Assembly (NCBI GenBank): GCA_045637825.1
Contig: JAZUAD010000021.1
Span: 84-64,083, forward strand
Length of the DNA: 64,000 bases
Direction of reading: 5' to 3'
DNA from: Candidatus Onthoplasma sp.
GTDB taxonomy: Bacteria > Bacillota > Clostridia > Christensenellales > UBA1242
Below are positions 21,047-30,905 of the stretch, piece by piece. The translations under genes were made by a program, and so were the position numbers. Position 1 is the stretch's first letter, and each line of letters begins with the position of its first letter. The notes below the pieces were generated by a model. It was not told the DNA's origin. It made no database searches and worked only from the letters and a program-made list of their open reading frames with translations.

Positions 21047-21442
21047 ATGAAAGAAAAGATAAAAAAAATAAACGTAGGAACTATTGCTAGTATTATCAAG
21101 GCAAGTTTGATAGGAGTGATTGTTTCGATATTGTTAGTACTGGCATTTGCTTTTGTATTAAAATTTGTAGACTTAAGTTCTGGTATTATTTCATTAGTGG
21201 ACCAAATTATTAAGGTGTTAAGTATTATGTTGGCGGTAATTAGTTTAAATAAAAGTAATGGTGAGGGTTTATTAGTAAAAGGATTGTTTACTGGTTGTGC
21301 TTATTCTATTATAACCTTTATAGTATTTTCAGTATTAAATGGCGGATTTAATTTTGGAGCTGGAATTATTAGCGATATTATATTTTCGGCTATGGTTGGT
21401 GGCGTGTGTGCTATAATACTAAATTTAATAAAGAAGAAATAG
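21047..21442 (+). CDS. Small 4-TM membrane protein (YrzE/TIGR04086-like)
   Basis: Four hydrophobic helices. Its position between yajC and secD is typical in Firmicutes. The ATG at 21047 follows ggagg. Confidence 0.55.
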   Translation: MKEKIKKINVGTIASIIKASLIGVIVSILLVLAFAFVLKFVDLSSGIISLVDQIIKVLSIMLAVISLNKSNGEGLLVKGLFTGCAYSIITFIVFSVLNGGFNFGAGIISDIIFSAMVGGVCAIILNLIKKK

Positions 21443-21661
21443 TGTTGTAGGGGAATGAAGAATCCCTTCTTATCCAAAAAAGATATATTAAAACTTGATA
21501 AAAATTTAAGTATTTGTTTGAAAAGTAATAAGCATTTTAAGATATTAGTCGTAATATAGTTATTTTTTGCTAAATTTTAGTCAAAGATTGATTTATGGGG
21601 TAAAAATTAGTTGACATAAATCGATTAATAAACTATAATAACTAAGAAATTGGGAGAAATT

Positions 21662-22996
21662 ATGACTAAAAATCGTTCTAAAATGCTTATTATTTTATTA
21701 ACTCTTATATTAACTATAGGACTTGTGGCAAGTTTTGTAAATTTCACATATCCATTTTCTATTAACGGAGTTAAATACAGGTATTCAAGTTTTGTTAATG
21801 AACTAGTATTGGGTTCTGACGTGGGTGATGGCGTAATATTGGAATACAAAGCCAACACTCGTAATGATGCCGATGATGAAAATTATAATCTTTTAATGGA
21901 TAACACTATAGATGGTATCCGCAACATATTGGAAGATAGTGGCTTTAAAAATAGCACTATTTCTCGTAAAGGTAATGACGAAATAAGGGTAGAGGTTGGC
22001 GGAATAGTAAATCACGATGACAGTAGCGAAGTTATATCTCTAATAGGCAATCCTCAACAATTAGTATTTAGTTCTAGCACTAATCCAGATGACGCTTTTA
22101 TGACTAGTGAATATATTGCTAGCGTTAAAGCGATGGAAATGTCTAATGGTGTGCAAACTCAATATTATGTTGAAATTACATTTACAACTGAGGGTTACAA
22201 TATTATATCTGAAAAGTCTGCTGACATTGTAGAAGATAGTGGAACAATATATATGTTGTTGGGTGAAACTCAAGTGGGTAGTAGCACTGAAGCAATTACT
22301 ACCAAATCTTTAACAATGTCTAGTCCAAAGTTTGTAGACAAAGCAACTACCGAGGAATATGCTATTCAAATACGTACAGGTATGTTACCACTTGATTTGA
22401 TTTGCACTTATAGTGGCGATATTTCAGCAAGCGCAGGCGTTAGAGCAAATGTGGCAAACCCTATGTTATATATATGGGTTGCATTAGGCGTTATGGCAGT
22501 GGCTAGTATGGTATTTTTAGCAATTAGATATAAACAATTGGGCTTAATGGCAATACTTAATATGTTGTTCTATATCGTGCTTGGATTATTCTTCTTACAA
22601 TCTGTGCCATTGGTGCATATTAACCTAAGTGGTATATTTGCTATTGCGGTGGGATACATTATGGCTGTTATTGCTTTAACCAACACTTTGGAAACCGCTA
22701 AAAATGAATATGCTAAAGGTAAAAAATTACACACCTCATTAAAACTAGGAATAAATTCGACAGTGATATCAACAATTACATTTAATGTTATGCTAGTATT
22801 AGCAGGAATTGTTTGTGCTTTGATGCCTACTATGGCTATTCAATCGTTTGGTATAGTTACAATGGTGTTAGGTTTAGTTAATATCTTCTGTTCACAAGCA
22901 TTAATGCGCTTGATGCTTAAATTATACTTACCTCTTAACCCTGAAGATGGTAAAAAGTGTAATTTTACAAGAGAGGAGGGCTTAAATAATGATTAA
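21662..22996 (+). CDS. secD: Protein translocase subunit SecD
   Basis: N-terminal TM helix, large periplasmic-type domain, C-terminal 5-TM bundle. Overlaps secF by 8 nt. Confidence 0.88.
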   Translation: MTKNRSKMLIILLTLILTIGLVASFVNFTYPFSINGVKYRYSSFVNELVLGSDVGDGVILEYKANTRNDADDENYNLLMDNTIDGIRNILEDSGFKNSTISRKGNDEIRVEVGGIVNHDDSSEVISLIGNPQQLVFSSSTNPDDAFMTSEYIASVKAMEMSNGVQTQYYVEITFTTEGYNIISEKSADIVEDSGTIYMLLGETQVGSSTEAITTKSLTMSSPKFVDKATTEEYAIQIRTGMLPLDLICTYSGDISASAGVRANVANPMLYIWVALGVMAVASMVFLAIRYKQLGLMAILNMLFYIVLGLFFLQSVPLVHINLSGIFAIAVGYIMAVIALTNTLETAKNEYAKGKKLHTSLKLGINSTVISTITFNVMLVLAGIVCALMPTMAIQSFGIVTMVLGLVNIFCSQALMRLMLKLYLPLNPEDGKKCNFTREEGLNND

Positions 22997-24062
22997 TAGA
23001 GATTTTACTAAAACAGGCAAACAATACATTAAACAAAATAAAACACCTTTAATAATTCTAGCAGTAATTATTGCTGTGGGAATAGCAATGTTGTGCGTAT
23101 TTGGTTTTAAGGGTGGTACAGAAGTTAAAGGTTATAACACCTTTTCAGTTAATATAGGAAGTTCTTATAAGGCTGACAAATTAACAGATTATACTTCGGC
23201 TATAAACGATAATCTAGATGATAGTAAAGTAGAGTTGCAATCAGTGCAAGTGGCAGGAGAGGGTGACTATACTAAACTAATAGTAAAATATTCAGGAAAA
23301 ATAAAAGATGAAATAAAATTTAATACAAATCTTTCAAAAGATTTAAAAATTAGTTATTTTACTATTTCTGAACATTCAAAAGTAGAAGCCACTTTAACCC
23401 AAAAAGATTATGTTTATGCTTTGGCGGGTGGTTTAATTATTATTGCTTTGGCAGTAACTTATATTGCTATTAGATACAATTTGGCTTGTGCAATCACTGC
23501 TTTGGCAAGTAGTACTCTAGGGGTAGCATTGTTAATGGCTTTGACTGCTATTTTTAGATTAACTATAAATAGTTCGTTCTTAACCATTAATATTTTAACA
23601 GCATTGTTGATTTTGGGCGAAAACTTTATGTTGTTTGATTCGCTTGAAAAGGAACGTGCTAAACTTAAAGATAAAAAAGATTATTCAACTCAACTTGCAA
23701 ATGCAGTAAAATCTAATTCATTTAGACAAAAGTTGATGTATGGAGCAATATTTGCTTTGGCGTTAGTATTTGTAATTTTAATGCCTACAACCATTAAGCA
23801 AGCAAGTTTAATAGCGTTGTTTGCTACAGTTATTACATTATTTGTTACAATTTATGCCTTACCTTTTGTATGGTGCTTGACAATTACTCAAGTTAATGAT
23901 AAAATAAGAGTGAAAAAAGTTGATAATGTTAAACAACAACAAAGTACAGAAGAAGTGGAAGGCGAATTAGAGCAAAAATATACTGAAAATCAAGTGATTG
24001 AAGTTAAGGAAGATGATGGAGAGGATACTCCATCTAGTGAAGATAATATAATTATCGAATAA
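22989..24062 (+). CDS. secF: Protein translocase subunit SecF, with an acidic C-terminal tail
   Basis: SecF topology and position. RBS gaggaggg. Confidence 0.88.
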   Translation: MINRDFTKTGKQYIKQNKTPLIILAVIIAVGIAMLCVFGFKGGTEVKGYNTFSVNIGSSYKADKLTDYTSAINDNLDDSKVELQSVQVAGEGDYTKLIVKYSGKIKDEIKFNTNLSKDLKISYFTISEHSKVEATLTQKDYVYALAGGLIIIALAVTYIAIRYNLACAITALASSTLGVALLMALTAIFRLTINSSFLTINILTALLILGENFMLFDSLEKERAKLKDKKDYSTQLANAVKSNSFRQKLMYGAIFALALVFVILMPTTIKQASLIALFATVITLFVTIYALPFVWCLTITQVNDKIRVKKVDNVKQQQSTEEVEGELEQKYTENQVIEVKEDDGEDTPSSEDNIIIE

Positions 24063-24128
24063 TCAAAGTCGCCTTTATTATAAGGCGACTTTTTGTTGAA
24101 GTTTTGCATTTTAAAAGAGGGTATGGAT

Positions 24129-26510
24129 ATGAAATATGTAAATTCGTGTGAAGGGGTACAAATAGACAATAATTTTGTTAGTAATATGGCTAAAAAGTTT
24201 TTGCTAGATGAACGAGTGGTTCGTCTATTGTATGTTAGAGGTATAAATACCGAAAATAAACTAAGAGACTATTTAAATCCTAATATATCACAATTAAACA
24301 ATCCTTATTTGTTTGAAAATATGGCTTTAGTTGTTCAAAAAATCAATGACCATATTGAATTAAACCATAATATTTTAATATATGGCGATTATGATGTAGA
24401 TGGTATTACTGCAACTGCAACAATGTATGATTATTTAAAAAAAATAGGGGCAAAGGTTTCTACCTTTTTACCTAACAGATATATTGATGGTTATGGCCTA
24501 AATTTGGAAACTATTAATAAGGTATTAGAAAAGGAAACACCTGATTTAATTATTACTGTTGACTGCGGAATTACAGCGGTTAATGAAGTTGAATATTTAA
24601 AATCTAAAAATATAGATATTATAGTAACTGACCATCACGAAAGCGATGGAAATTTACCTAATTGTTTAATTATTAATCCTAAAGTAAGCTCTACTTATCC
24701 ATTTAAGTATCTTTGTGGTGCAGGAGTTGCGTTAAAGTTGGTGCAAGCACTTGGAGGCGTGGAGGCAATTATGCCATACTTGTCTACAACTGCTATTGCT
24801 ACAATTTCGGATATAGTAGAAATGATTGATGAAAATCGTGCTATAGTTACTTTAGGTTTATCTCGCATGGACACTTTGCCACAAGGTTTATTAAAATTGG
24901 CTAGCGAGTGTGGTATAGGTCGCAGTGCTAAAGCTAATGAAATTGCCTTTAAATTAGCGCCTAAAATTAACGCTTCGGGCAGAATGGGAGATGCGGACTT
25001 ATCGTTGAAATTATATATAGAAAAACGTCCAACAGAAATAAATAAAATATGTAAAACTATATTAAATTATAATATACAACGTCAACAATTGTGTAATAAA
25101 ATTTACGATGATGTTAAAGCTTATCTAAATAGTATTGACATATATTCAATAAAGGCCATTGTTTGCAAATCTACCGAGTGGGAGGCAGGTCTTTTGGGCA
25201 TTGTGTGTGCTAAACTTAGTGAGGAATATCATAGACCTACCTGTTTATTTAGTGACAATAACGGAGTGTTGACGGGTTCTTGCCGAAGTGTCAACGGGGT
25301 TAATGTGCATACACTTATGTGCAGCATGAGTGATATTTTGGAAAAATTTGGCGGTCATACAATGGCAGCGGGCTTGACCTTAAAGGGTGAGCATTATGAT
25401 GAATTTTGTGCAAAATTTAATGATTACGTTGACAAAAATTTAATAAAAGATGAGTTTTTGCCTACTAAGGTATATGATTTTGAAATTTCAATAGATGAAG
25501 CAAACATTGCATTTATTGAAAGTGTAGAGCGTATGGAGCCATGTGGACACGAAAATTCACGCCCTATATTTAAAATTACTGCTTCAAAGGCGGAAGTGTC
25601 ACCAATGAAAGCACACCCAGAGCATTTATTGGTTAAATATCCTAATTTGTCATTATTGGCCTTTAATTTTGCGCCAATGCAATATATTTTGGCAAGCGAT
25701 ACTAAAAGTAACATATTAACTGATTTAAGCATTGAAACCTTTAAAAATATTAAGCGTATTACAGGCATAATCAAAAGTATTGACTATGAAGATATTTATC
25801 GCCCTGAGGACAAGGGTTTGATTGCTTATAATTACTTGCATCAAATGGCTTTTGAAGAAGGTGGAAGCGCTAAATTTATTAATTATACACGTGAAAATTT
25901 AATCCGCCTGCTAGTAGATATGCAGGAGAGTATATATGGAACACTGATAGTTGTAAATGATTATAATTCATACCTAAATTTTAAAAGCATATATGACAAT
26001 ATTAATATTTTCCGTAATAGATTGTTTGAAATTGAAGATGAAACTGGATTAAATACTATTTTGCTAGCACCTAATAGTTTTAAACATTTTAATAGTTTTA
26101 AAAGGATAATATTTATTGACCCTATATTAAATTTGGGTTATATTTCTGCGCTAAATCAAACTACAAAATCAGCAGTTTATATTCCATACAAAAGTCAATT
26201 TAGTTATTCGTTATTTAAGGACGTTAGCGTTGACCGTAAAGTTTTTGCTGACTATTTTAAGGTATTAAAATTTGCTTATGACAACCAAATTTCAGGTAAT
26301 AGCACCTATCAATTTTATCAAAAAATTGTCAATATTTCTAAGCGTAAGTTATCGTATTTGCAATTTATGATATGTCTAACAATATTTAAACAATTAGATA
26401 TTATACAAACTGAAAATGATGTTAAAATTACTAATATTTCTATGGATAAAAAGGAATTGAGTGCAAGCACTTTTTACAAGCAATTAACTTTAATAAAATT
26501 TAAAAAATAG
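24129..26510 (+). CDS. recJ: Single-stranded-DNA-specific exonuclease RecJ
   Basis: DHH motifs (IYGDYDVDGITA, TVDCGI, VTDHH) and DHHA1 (GGHTMAAG). Confidence 0.9.
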   Translation: MKYVNSCEGVQIDNNFVSNMAKKFLLDERVVRLLYVRGINTENKLRDYLNPNISQLNNPYLFENMALVVQKINDHIELNHNILIYGDYDVDGITATATMYDYLKKIGAKVSTFLPNRYIDGYGLNLETINKVLEKETPDLIITVDCGITAVNEVEYLKSKNIDIIVTDHHESDGNLPNCLIINPKVSSTYPFKYLCGAGVALKLVQALGGVEAIMPYLSTTAIATISDIVEMIDENRAIVTLGLSRMDTLPQGLLKLASECGIGRSAKANEIAFKLAPKINASGRMGDADLSLKLYIEKRPTEINKICKTILNYNIQRQQLCNKIYDDVKAYLNSIDIYSIKAIVCKSTEWEAGLLGIVCAKLSEEYHRPTCLFSDNNGVLTGSCRSVNGVNVHTLMCSMSDILEKFGGHTMAAGLTLKGEHYDEFCAKFNDYVDKNLIKDEFLPTKVYDFEISIDEANIAFIESVERMEPCGHENSRPIFKITASKAEVSPMKAHPEHLLVKYPNLSLLAFNFAPMQYILASDTKSNILTDLSIETFKNIKRITGIIKSIDYEDIYRPEDKGLIAYNYLHQMAFEEGGSAKFINYTRENLIRLLVDMQESIYGTLIVVNDYNSYLNFKSIYDNINIFRNRLFEIEDETGLNTILLAPNSFKHFNSFKRIIFIDPILNLGYISALNQTTKSAVYIPYKSQFSYSLFKDVSVDRKVFADYFKVLKFAYDNQISGNSTYQFYQKIVNISKRKLSYLQFMICLTIFKQLDIIQTENDVKITNISMDKKELSASTFYKQLTLIKFKK

Positions 26511-26515
26511 GAGAA

Positions 26516-28561
26516 GTGATGAGTATACAAAATTATATTAAAGATGATAAATATATATCATTTTTACAAAAATATTTTCAAAACTCAACAACCGAACAAC
26601 AAGATACAATAATTTATATTTATGATATATTAAAATCTTATAATTTAGATGATACTTGTTTTATAGCAACCGCATTGTTTATATTAAAACCCAAGGAAGA
26701 GATTAATTACGATGAGGTTGCTAAAGAGTTTGGCAAGGATATTAGCGAAATGCTGGCCAACTTAAATTCGGTTGGAATAAAACATTCTTTTGATAACACT
26801 GAAGAATTTGAAAGTGTTAGAAATATGCTCATAGTAATGTCAAAAGATGTAAGAGTGTTGATTATTTTATTAGCGTACAATGTTTTTAAGGTGGAACATC
26901 TAAATTTAATGAGAGCAGAAGAACAAAAACTATTTGTTCGTTCGGTAAAAGAAATATATGCACCATTATCATCACGTTTAAGTTTAAATGAAATTAAAAA
27001 TAAGATGGAAGATGCGTGCTTTAAGTTTTTGGAACCACAAATGTATGAGAAATTATCACTTGATGAAAGATTAAATAAGGATGAACGTCAACAACAAGTT
27101 AAAATCATTATTGAAAAAATCCAAAGAGCGCTTATGTTGATGGGCATTAAGGGGAAAGTGTATGGTAGGGAAAAACACTTAGCCAGCGTATATAATAAGT
27201 TAAAATTAAAACAACTAACTTTAGGTCAAATTTATGACCTTATGGCAGTACGTGTAATTGTAGATACAGTCGAGGAGTGTTATAGCGTATTGGGTAAAAT
27301 CAATGAGATGTTCTCAATACTTCCTAGCAGATTTAAGGATTATATTGCAACACCAAAACCTAATGGTTATCAATCAATCCATACTTGCATATTAGCTCCA
27401 AATAATCGTCCTGTGGAAGTTCAAATTAGAACACATCAAATGCATCATTTTAATGAATACGGTGTTGCAGCTCACTGGATATATAAGGACAAAGTACATA
27501 AGGCAAGTAGTTTTGATAAATCTATTAGTTGGTTAAAGGAACTTATTGATGAAAATAAAGATTTAAGCAGTAAAGAGTTTACCGAAACTGTTAAAATGGA
27601 TATGTTTAATAGCGAAATTTATGCTCAAACCCCTAATGGTAAAATTATTAAATTCCCAGTAGGTGCTAATTGTATAGATTTTGCTTATGCGGTGCATACA
27701 AATATTGGTAATCGCTGTATTGGTGCTAAGATAAATGGTAAATTTGTACCACTTTCAACAGAACTTAAAAATGGTGATGTGTGTGAAATATTACTGGGTG
27801 CCGAAAACAAAGGACCTTCACGAGATTGGTTGAAAATAGTTAAAACCAGTTCTGCACGCACTAAAATTAATAGTTATTTCAAAAAACAATTTGTTGAAAA
27901 TAATATTCGACTTGGAAAATCAATGTTTGAAACAAGCGCAAAGAACAATCAAGTAAATGTAAGCTCTTTACTTGAAAGTGATAAACTTGCTTCAACGCTT
28001 AATAAGTATTCACTATCTAGCATTGAAGAAATGTATGCAATGATAGGGGCTGGCACGCTTAATAGCGATAGCTTAGTTAAACGTTTAACACCTCAAGCAA
28101 AGGTTGAAAAACCTACAACCTTTAAGCCAATTAAGGTTAGTGGTAATGTATTAGTAGATAATAGTAGGGGAATGATGACAAGGTTTGCTAAATGCTGTTT
28201 GCCTATTCCTGGGGACGAAATTATAGGGTTTGTGTCACAGGGTAGAGGTGTTACTGTACATAGAGCAGATTGCATTAATGTAAAAACACTTGACAATCAC
28301 CGATTTATTCCTGTTAGTTGGGACGAGGATAAGGCCTCAAATTATCTAGCACGCATAATAGTAGCAGGGGATAATAGAGTATTGTCGCAAATTAGCAATC
28401 TGCTTGAAAAAATGAGTGTTAAGATTAACGCACTAGAAATTAATCCTACTAACCTCAATGAATATATGCTAACGCTTAGTTTAAAATCAAGCGATGAATT
28501 AAACAAGGCAATTACTAAAATACGACAAATTAATAAAGTTCAATCAGTTGAACGTGCATAA
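26516..28561 (+). CDS. relA: Long RelA/SpoT homolog, (p)ppGpp synthetase, with an apparently degenerate hydrolase domain
   Basis: Synthetase core (YDLMAVRVIV, FKDYIATPKPNGYQSIHT, VEVQIRTHQMHH), TGS domain, CCxP zinc-finger region, C-terminal ACT. No HD dyad in the N-terminal ~190 aa. Confidence 0.88.
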   Translation: MMSIQNYIKDDKYISFLQKYFQNSTTEQQDTIIYIYDILKSYNLDDTCFIATALFILKPKEEINYDEVAKEFGKDISEMLANLNSVGIKHSFDNTEEFESVRNMLIVMSKDVRVLIILLAYNVFKVEHLNLMRAEEQKLFVRSVKEIYAPLSSRLSLNEIKNKMEDACFKFLEPQMYEKLSLDERLNKDERQQQVKIIIEKIQRALMLMGIKGKVYGREKHLASVYNKLKLKQLTLGQIYDLMAVRVIVDTVEECYSVLGKINEMFSILPSRFKDYIATPKPNGYQSIHTCILAPNNRPVEVQIRTHQMHHFNEYGVAAHWIYKDKVHKASSFDKSISWLKELIDENKDLSSKEFTETVKMDMFNSEIYAQTPNGKIIKFPVGANCIDFAYAVHTNIGNRCIGAKINGKFVPLSTELKNGDVCEILLGAENKGPSRDWLKIVKTSSARTKINSYFKKQFVENNIRLGKSMFETSAKNNQVNVSSLLESDKLASTLNKYSLSSIEEMYAMIGAGTLNSDSLVKRLTPQAKVEKPTTFKPIKVSGNVLVDNSRGMMTRFAKCCLPIPGDEIIGFVSQGRGVTVHRADCINVKTLDNHRFIPVSWDEDKASNYLARIIVAGDNRVLSQISNLLEKMSVKINALEINPTNLNEYMLTLSLKSSDELNKAITKIRQINKVQSVERA

Positions 28562-28611
28562 AAATAACCCTCTTATAATAGTGAGAGGGTTATTTAAAAC
28601 TTTTATAAAAC

Positions 28612-28649
28612 AAAAAAAGAGGACGCGAGATAATTTCGTCCTCTTTTTA
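28612..28649. terminator. Bidirectional intrinsic terminator between rel (+) and rnpB (-)
   Basis: Hairpin agaggacg/cgtcctct flanked by an A-run upstream and a T-run downstream. Confidence 0.7.
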
Positions 28650-28673
28650 TCATCCGAAAAGGATGAAAGCATT

Positions 28674-29036
28674 TAGGTGGCAGTTTGGTCTATAAGCCGA
28701 GTTCTGTATTTGATGGTCATCTATCTAAATTAATCGTTACCGTATCAATTTTAGCGGTATTTTTGAAAAACTTAGCGAGCAACTAATAACGTTTTTCTTA
28801 ACCTTGCTTCGGGTGGGGTTTACATGGACCACATCTGTCGCCAGATGTGCGGTGAGCTCTTGCCTCGCCTTTTCATCCTTACAATAACCACTCAGGGGTA
28901 TAGCGGTATATTTCTGTTGCACTTTCCTTCTAGTTGCCTAGACTGGTAATTAGCCAGCACCCTGCTCTGTGAAGCTCGGACTTTCCTCACGATAGTCATT
29001 ATAACTATCCTGCGACCATCTGACCAAGCTGACGCT
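28674..29036 (-). ncRNA. rnpB: RNase P RNA (bacterial ribozyme component)
   Basis: The reverse complement contains the universal GAGGAAAGUCCG motif (28975-28986), AAGUGCAACAGAAA, GUAAACCCCACC, and the 3' ACAGAACUCGGCUUAUAGACC. P1 pairs the two ends. Own promoter TTGACA-16 nt-TATTAT on the (-) strand at 29040-29067. Ends are approximate (+/-5 nt). Confidence 0.88.
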
Positions 29037-29286
29037 ATAATAATAACACATATTTAAGATTTGTCAATACCCTTTTTCAAAATTTTTTCAAAAATTTTTT
29101 ATATTTCGCTAAAAAGTGCTTATTTTAAGTGGTTTATTGACCATAATTTTTTTAAAAAGTTGGGGAAAAGGCATTAAAATTATCAAAAGTACAGTTAAAT
29201 TTAAATAAATTTAAGTAAAATTTTCAAATTTTGTTTGACAAAAGTTAAATCGAAACCTATAATTTAATTAGGAGAATACTAAAATA

Positions 29287-30213
29287 ATGGAGTTTAATCA
29301 CATTTCTGTACTAAAAAAGGAGAGCATTGAGGGCTTAAATATTAAGCCAGATGGGATTTATGTAGATTGCACTCTAGGTGGAGGGGGACATTCACTAGAA
29401 ATAGCCAAAAGACTGACCACCGGTAGGCTAATATGCTTTGATAAAGATGAAGACGCTATTAAATATGCAAAAACCGTATTAAAAGAGCATTTGAATAAGA
29501 TTACAATAGTTCACGATAACTTTAAAAACATTAAGGAACGATTAAACCAGTTAGGGATATATAATGTAGATGGTATTTTGTGCGATTTAGGAGTATCATC
29601 TTATCAACTAGATACTGCAGAAAGGGGATTTAGTTATCGTTATGATGCTCGCCTTGATATGCGTATGGACAAAAGTAAAGGTATTAGTGCTTACGAAGTG
29701 GTAAATAATTATACCGACAAGGAGTTGCAAAAAATATTATTTAGTTATGGTGAAGAAAAAAATACTTTTGCTATAGTTAAAAAAATTATAACCGCTAGAC
29801 AAATCAAACCAATCGAAACAACATTTGAATTAAAGGATATTATTACTAGTTGCTATCCGCCAAAGGATAGAAACAAACCGGCACTTGCCAATAAAGTATT
29901 CCAAGCCATTCGTATTGAAGTTAATGGCGAATTAGAGGATTTGGATAGTTTGGAAGATATGATAGAACTTTTAAATTCAAATGGTAGATTGTGTGTAATT
30001 ACTTTCCACCCACTGGAAGATAGGATTGCTAAAAATGTGTTTAAATTACATTCAACTGATTGTTTATGTCCTGCAAGTTTTCCAAAGTGTGTTTGCGGAC
30101 ATATAAGCGATATTAAATTAATAAGTAAAAAACCAATTATTCCAACTGATGAGGAATTATTGTATAATAGCCGTTCGGCTAGCGCTAAATTAAGAATAGT
30201 GGAAAAGAAATAA
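29287..30213 (+). CDS. rsmH: 16S rRNA (cytosine1402-N4)-methyltransferase RsmH/MraW
   Basis: Motifs HISVLxxE, DCTLGGGGHS, DLGVSSYQLD. First gene of the dcw cluster. Confidence 0.95.
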   Translation: MEFNHISVLKKESIEGLNIKPDGIYVDCTLGGGGHSLEIAKRLTTGRLICFDKDEDAIKYAKTVLKEHLNKITIVHDNFKNIKERLNQLGIYNVDGILCDLGVSSYQLDTAERGFSYRYDARLDMRMDKSKGISAYEVVNNYTDKELQKILFSYGEEKNTFAIVKKIITARQIKPIETTFELKDIITSCYPPKDRNKPALANKVFQAIRIEVNGELEDLDSLEDMIELLNSNGRLCVITFHPLEDRIAKNVFKLHSTDCLCPASFPKCVCGHISDIKLISKKPIIPTDEELLYNSRSASAKLRIVEKK

Positions 30214-30240
30214 AAAAATAAAAGGGGGAGGTGAATAAAA

Positions 30241-30783
30241 ATGGACGAGCAAAAAGAAAGGTCTACAACTATTGAAAAAGACTTGGAAATTGAAAATATG
30301 CGTGAATTTTTGCTTGAAAATCAAGATATTAAACTTGAAAACTTGCCAAGATATGAAGATTTGATTAAACCAGAAATTCAAACCGAAACAAAACTTGATA
30401 ATATGCAAGAAGTTAATACTTTGCCATTTTTTGAAACCAAAACCAAACAAAAACAAGAAACACCAACAAAATCTATTCATCAAAAGCGTTTTAAAATTGC
30501 CACTAGTTGTTTTGCAGTAATTGGGGTGCTAATTGCCTCATTGGCATTAATTAATGGAGTATCTTTAACGATGCTTGCTAACGAAAAAAAGGATAATCAA
30601 AAGCAAATAGGCACACTTACTGAGGAAGTAACAAATTTGCAACAGGATTTGGAGTTGGATAATATTGATGGGGCGGAAAAGGTGAGTTATAAATTAGCAC
30701 TTCCACGAAACTATCCTGACAACACCGCCGATTTGACGTGGTTTGACAAACTTAGTATATTTTTAATGAAATTGTTTGGTTAA
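30241..30783 (+). CDS. ftsL: Bitopic membrane protein in the FtsL position of the dcw cluster (FtsL-like)
   Basis: Acidic cytoplasmic N-terminus, single TM helix (CFAVIGVLIASLALINGV), then a short coiled-coil segment. Synteny rsmH-ftsL-pbp. Confidence 0.5.
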   Translation: MDEQKERSTTIEKDLEIENMREFLLENQDIKLENLPRYEDLIKPEIQTETKLDNMQEVNTLPFFETKTKQKQETPTKSIHQKRFKIATSCFAVIGVLIASLALINGVSLTMLANEKKDNQKQIGTLTEEVTNLQQDLELDNIDGAEKVSYKLALPRNYPDNTADLTWFDKLSIFLMKLFG

Positions 30784-30844
30784 AAAAAATTACATTTAAC
30801 CCTATAATTAATCAAAGCAATTAAATAAAATAGCATAAATAAGC

Positions 30845-30905
30845 AGATTGTAAAATACAATTAAGTATGAGTAAACTTAAAAGATTTTACAATCTTTTTT
30901 CTTTT
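30845..30905 (+). promoter_or_regulatory. Terminator-like hairpin that encloses the PBP start codon
   Basis: Perfect 12-nt arms agattgtaaaat (30845-30856) and attttacaatct (30884-30895), followed by TTTTTcTTTT. The ATG at 30867 lies in the 27-nt loop. Confidence 0.5.

Noticed and set aside
28737-28922. 61-aa ORF on the (-) strand
   Set aside because: It lies entirely inside the RNase P RNA gene, whose conserved GAGGAAAGUCC and other motifs and P1 pairing account for this sequence. It has no RBS.
29068-29130. Direct repeats ttttcaaaa(t)ttttt upstream of the dcw promoter as a regulatory repeat
   Set aside because: This is very low-complexity A/T sequence, and the similarity is what is expected from composition. 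It has no defined periodicity or palindromy.
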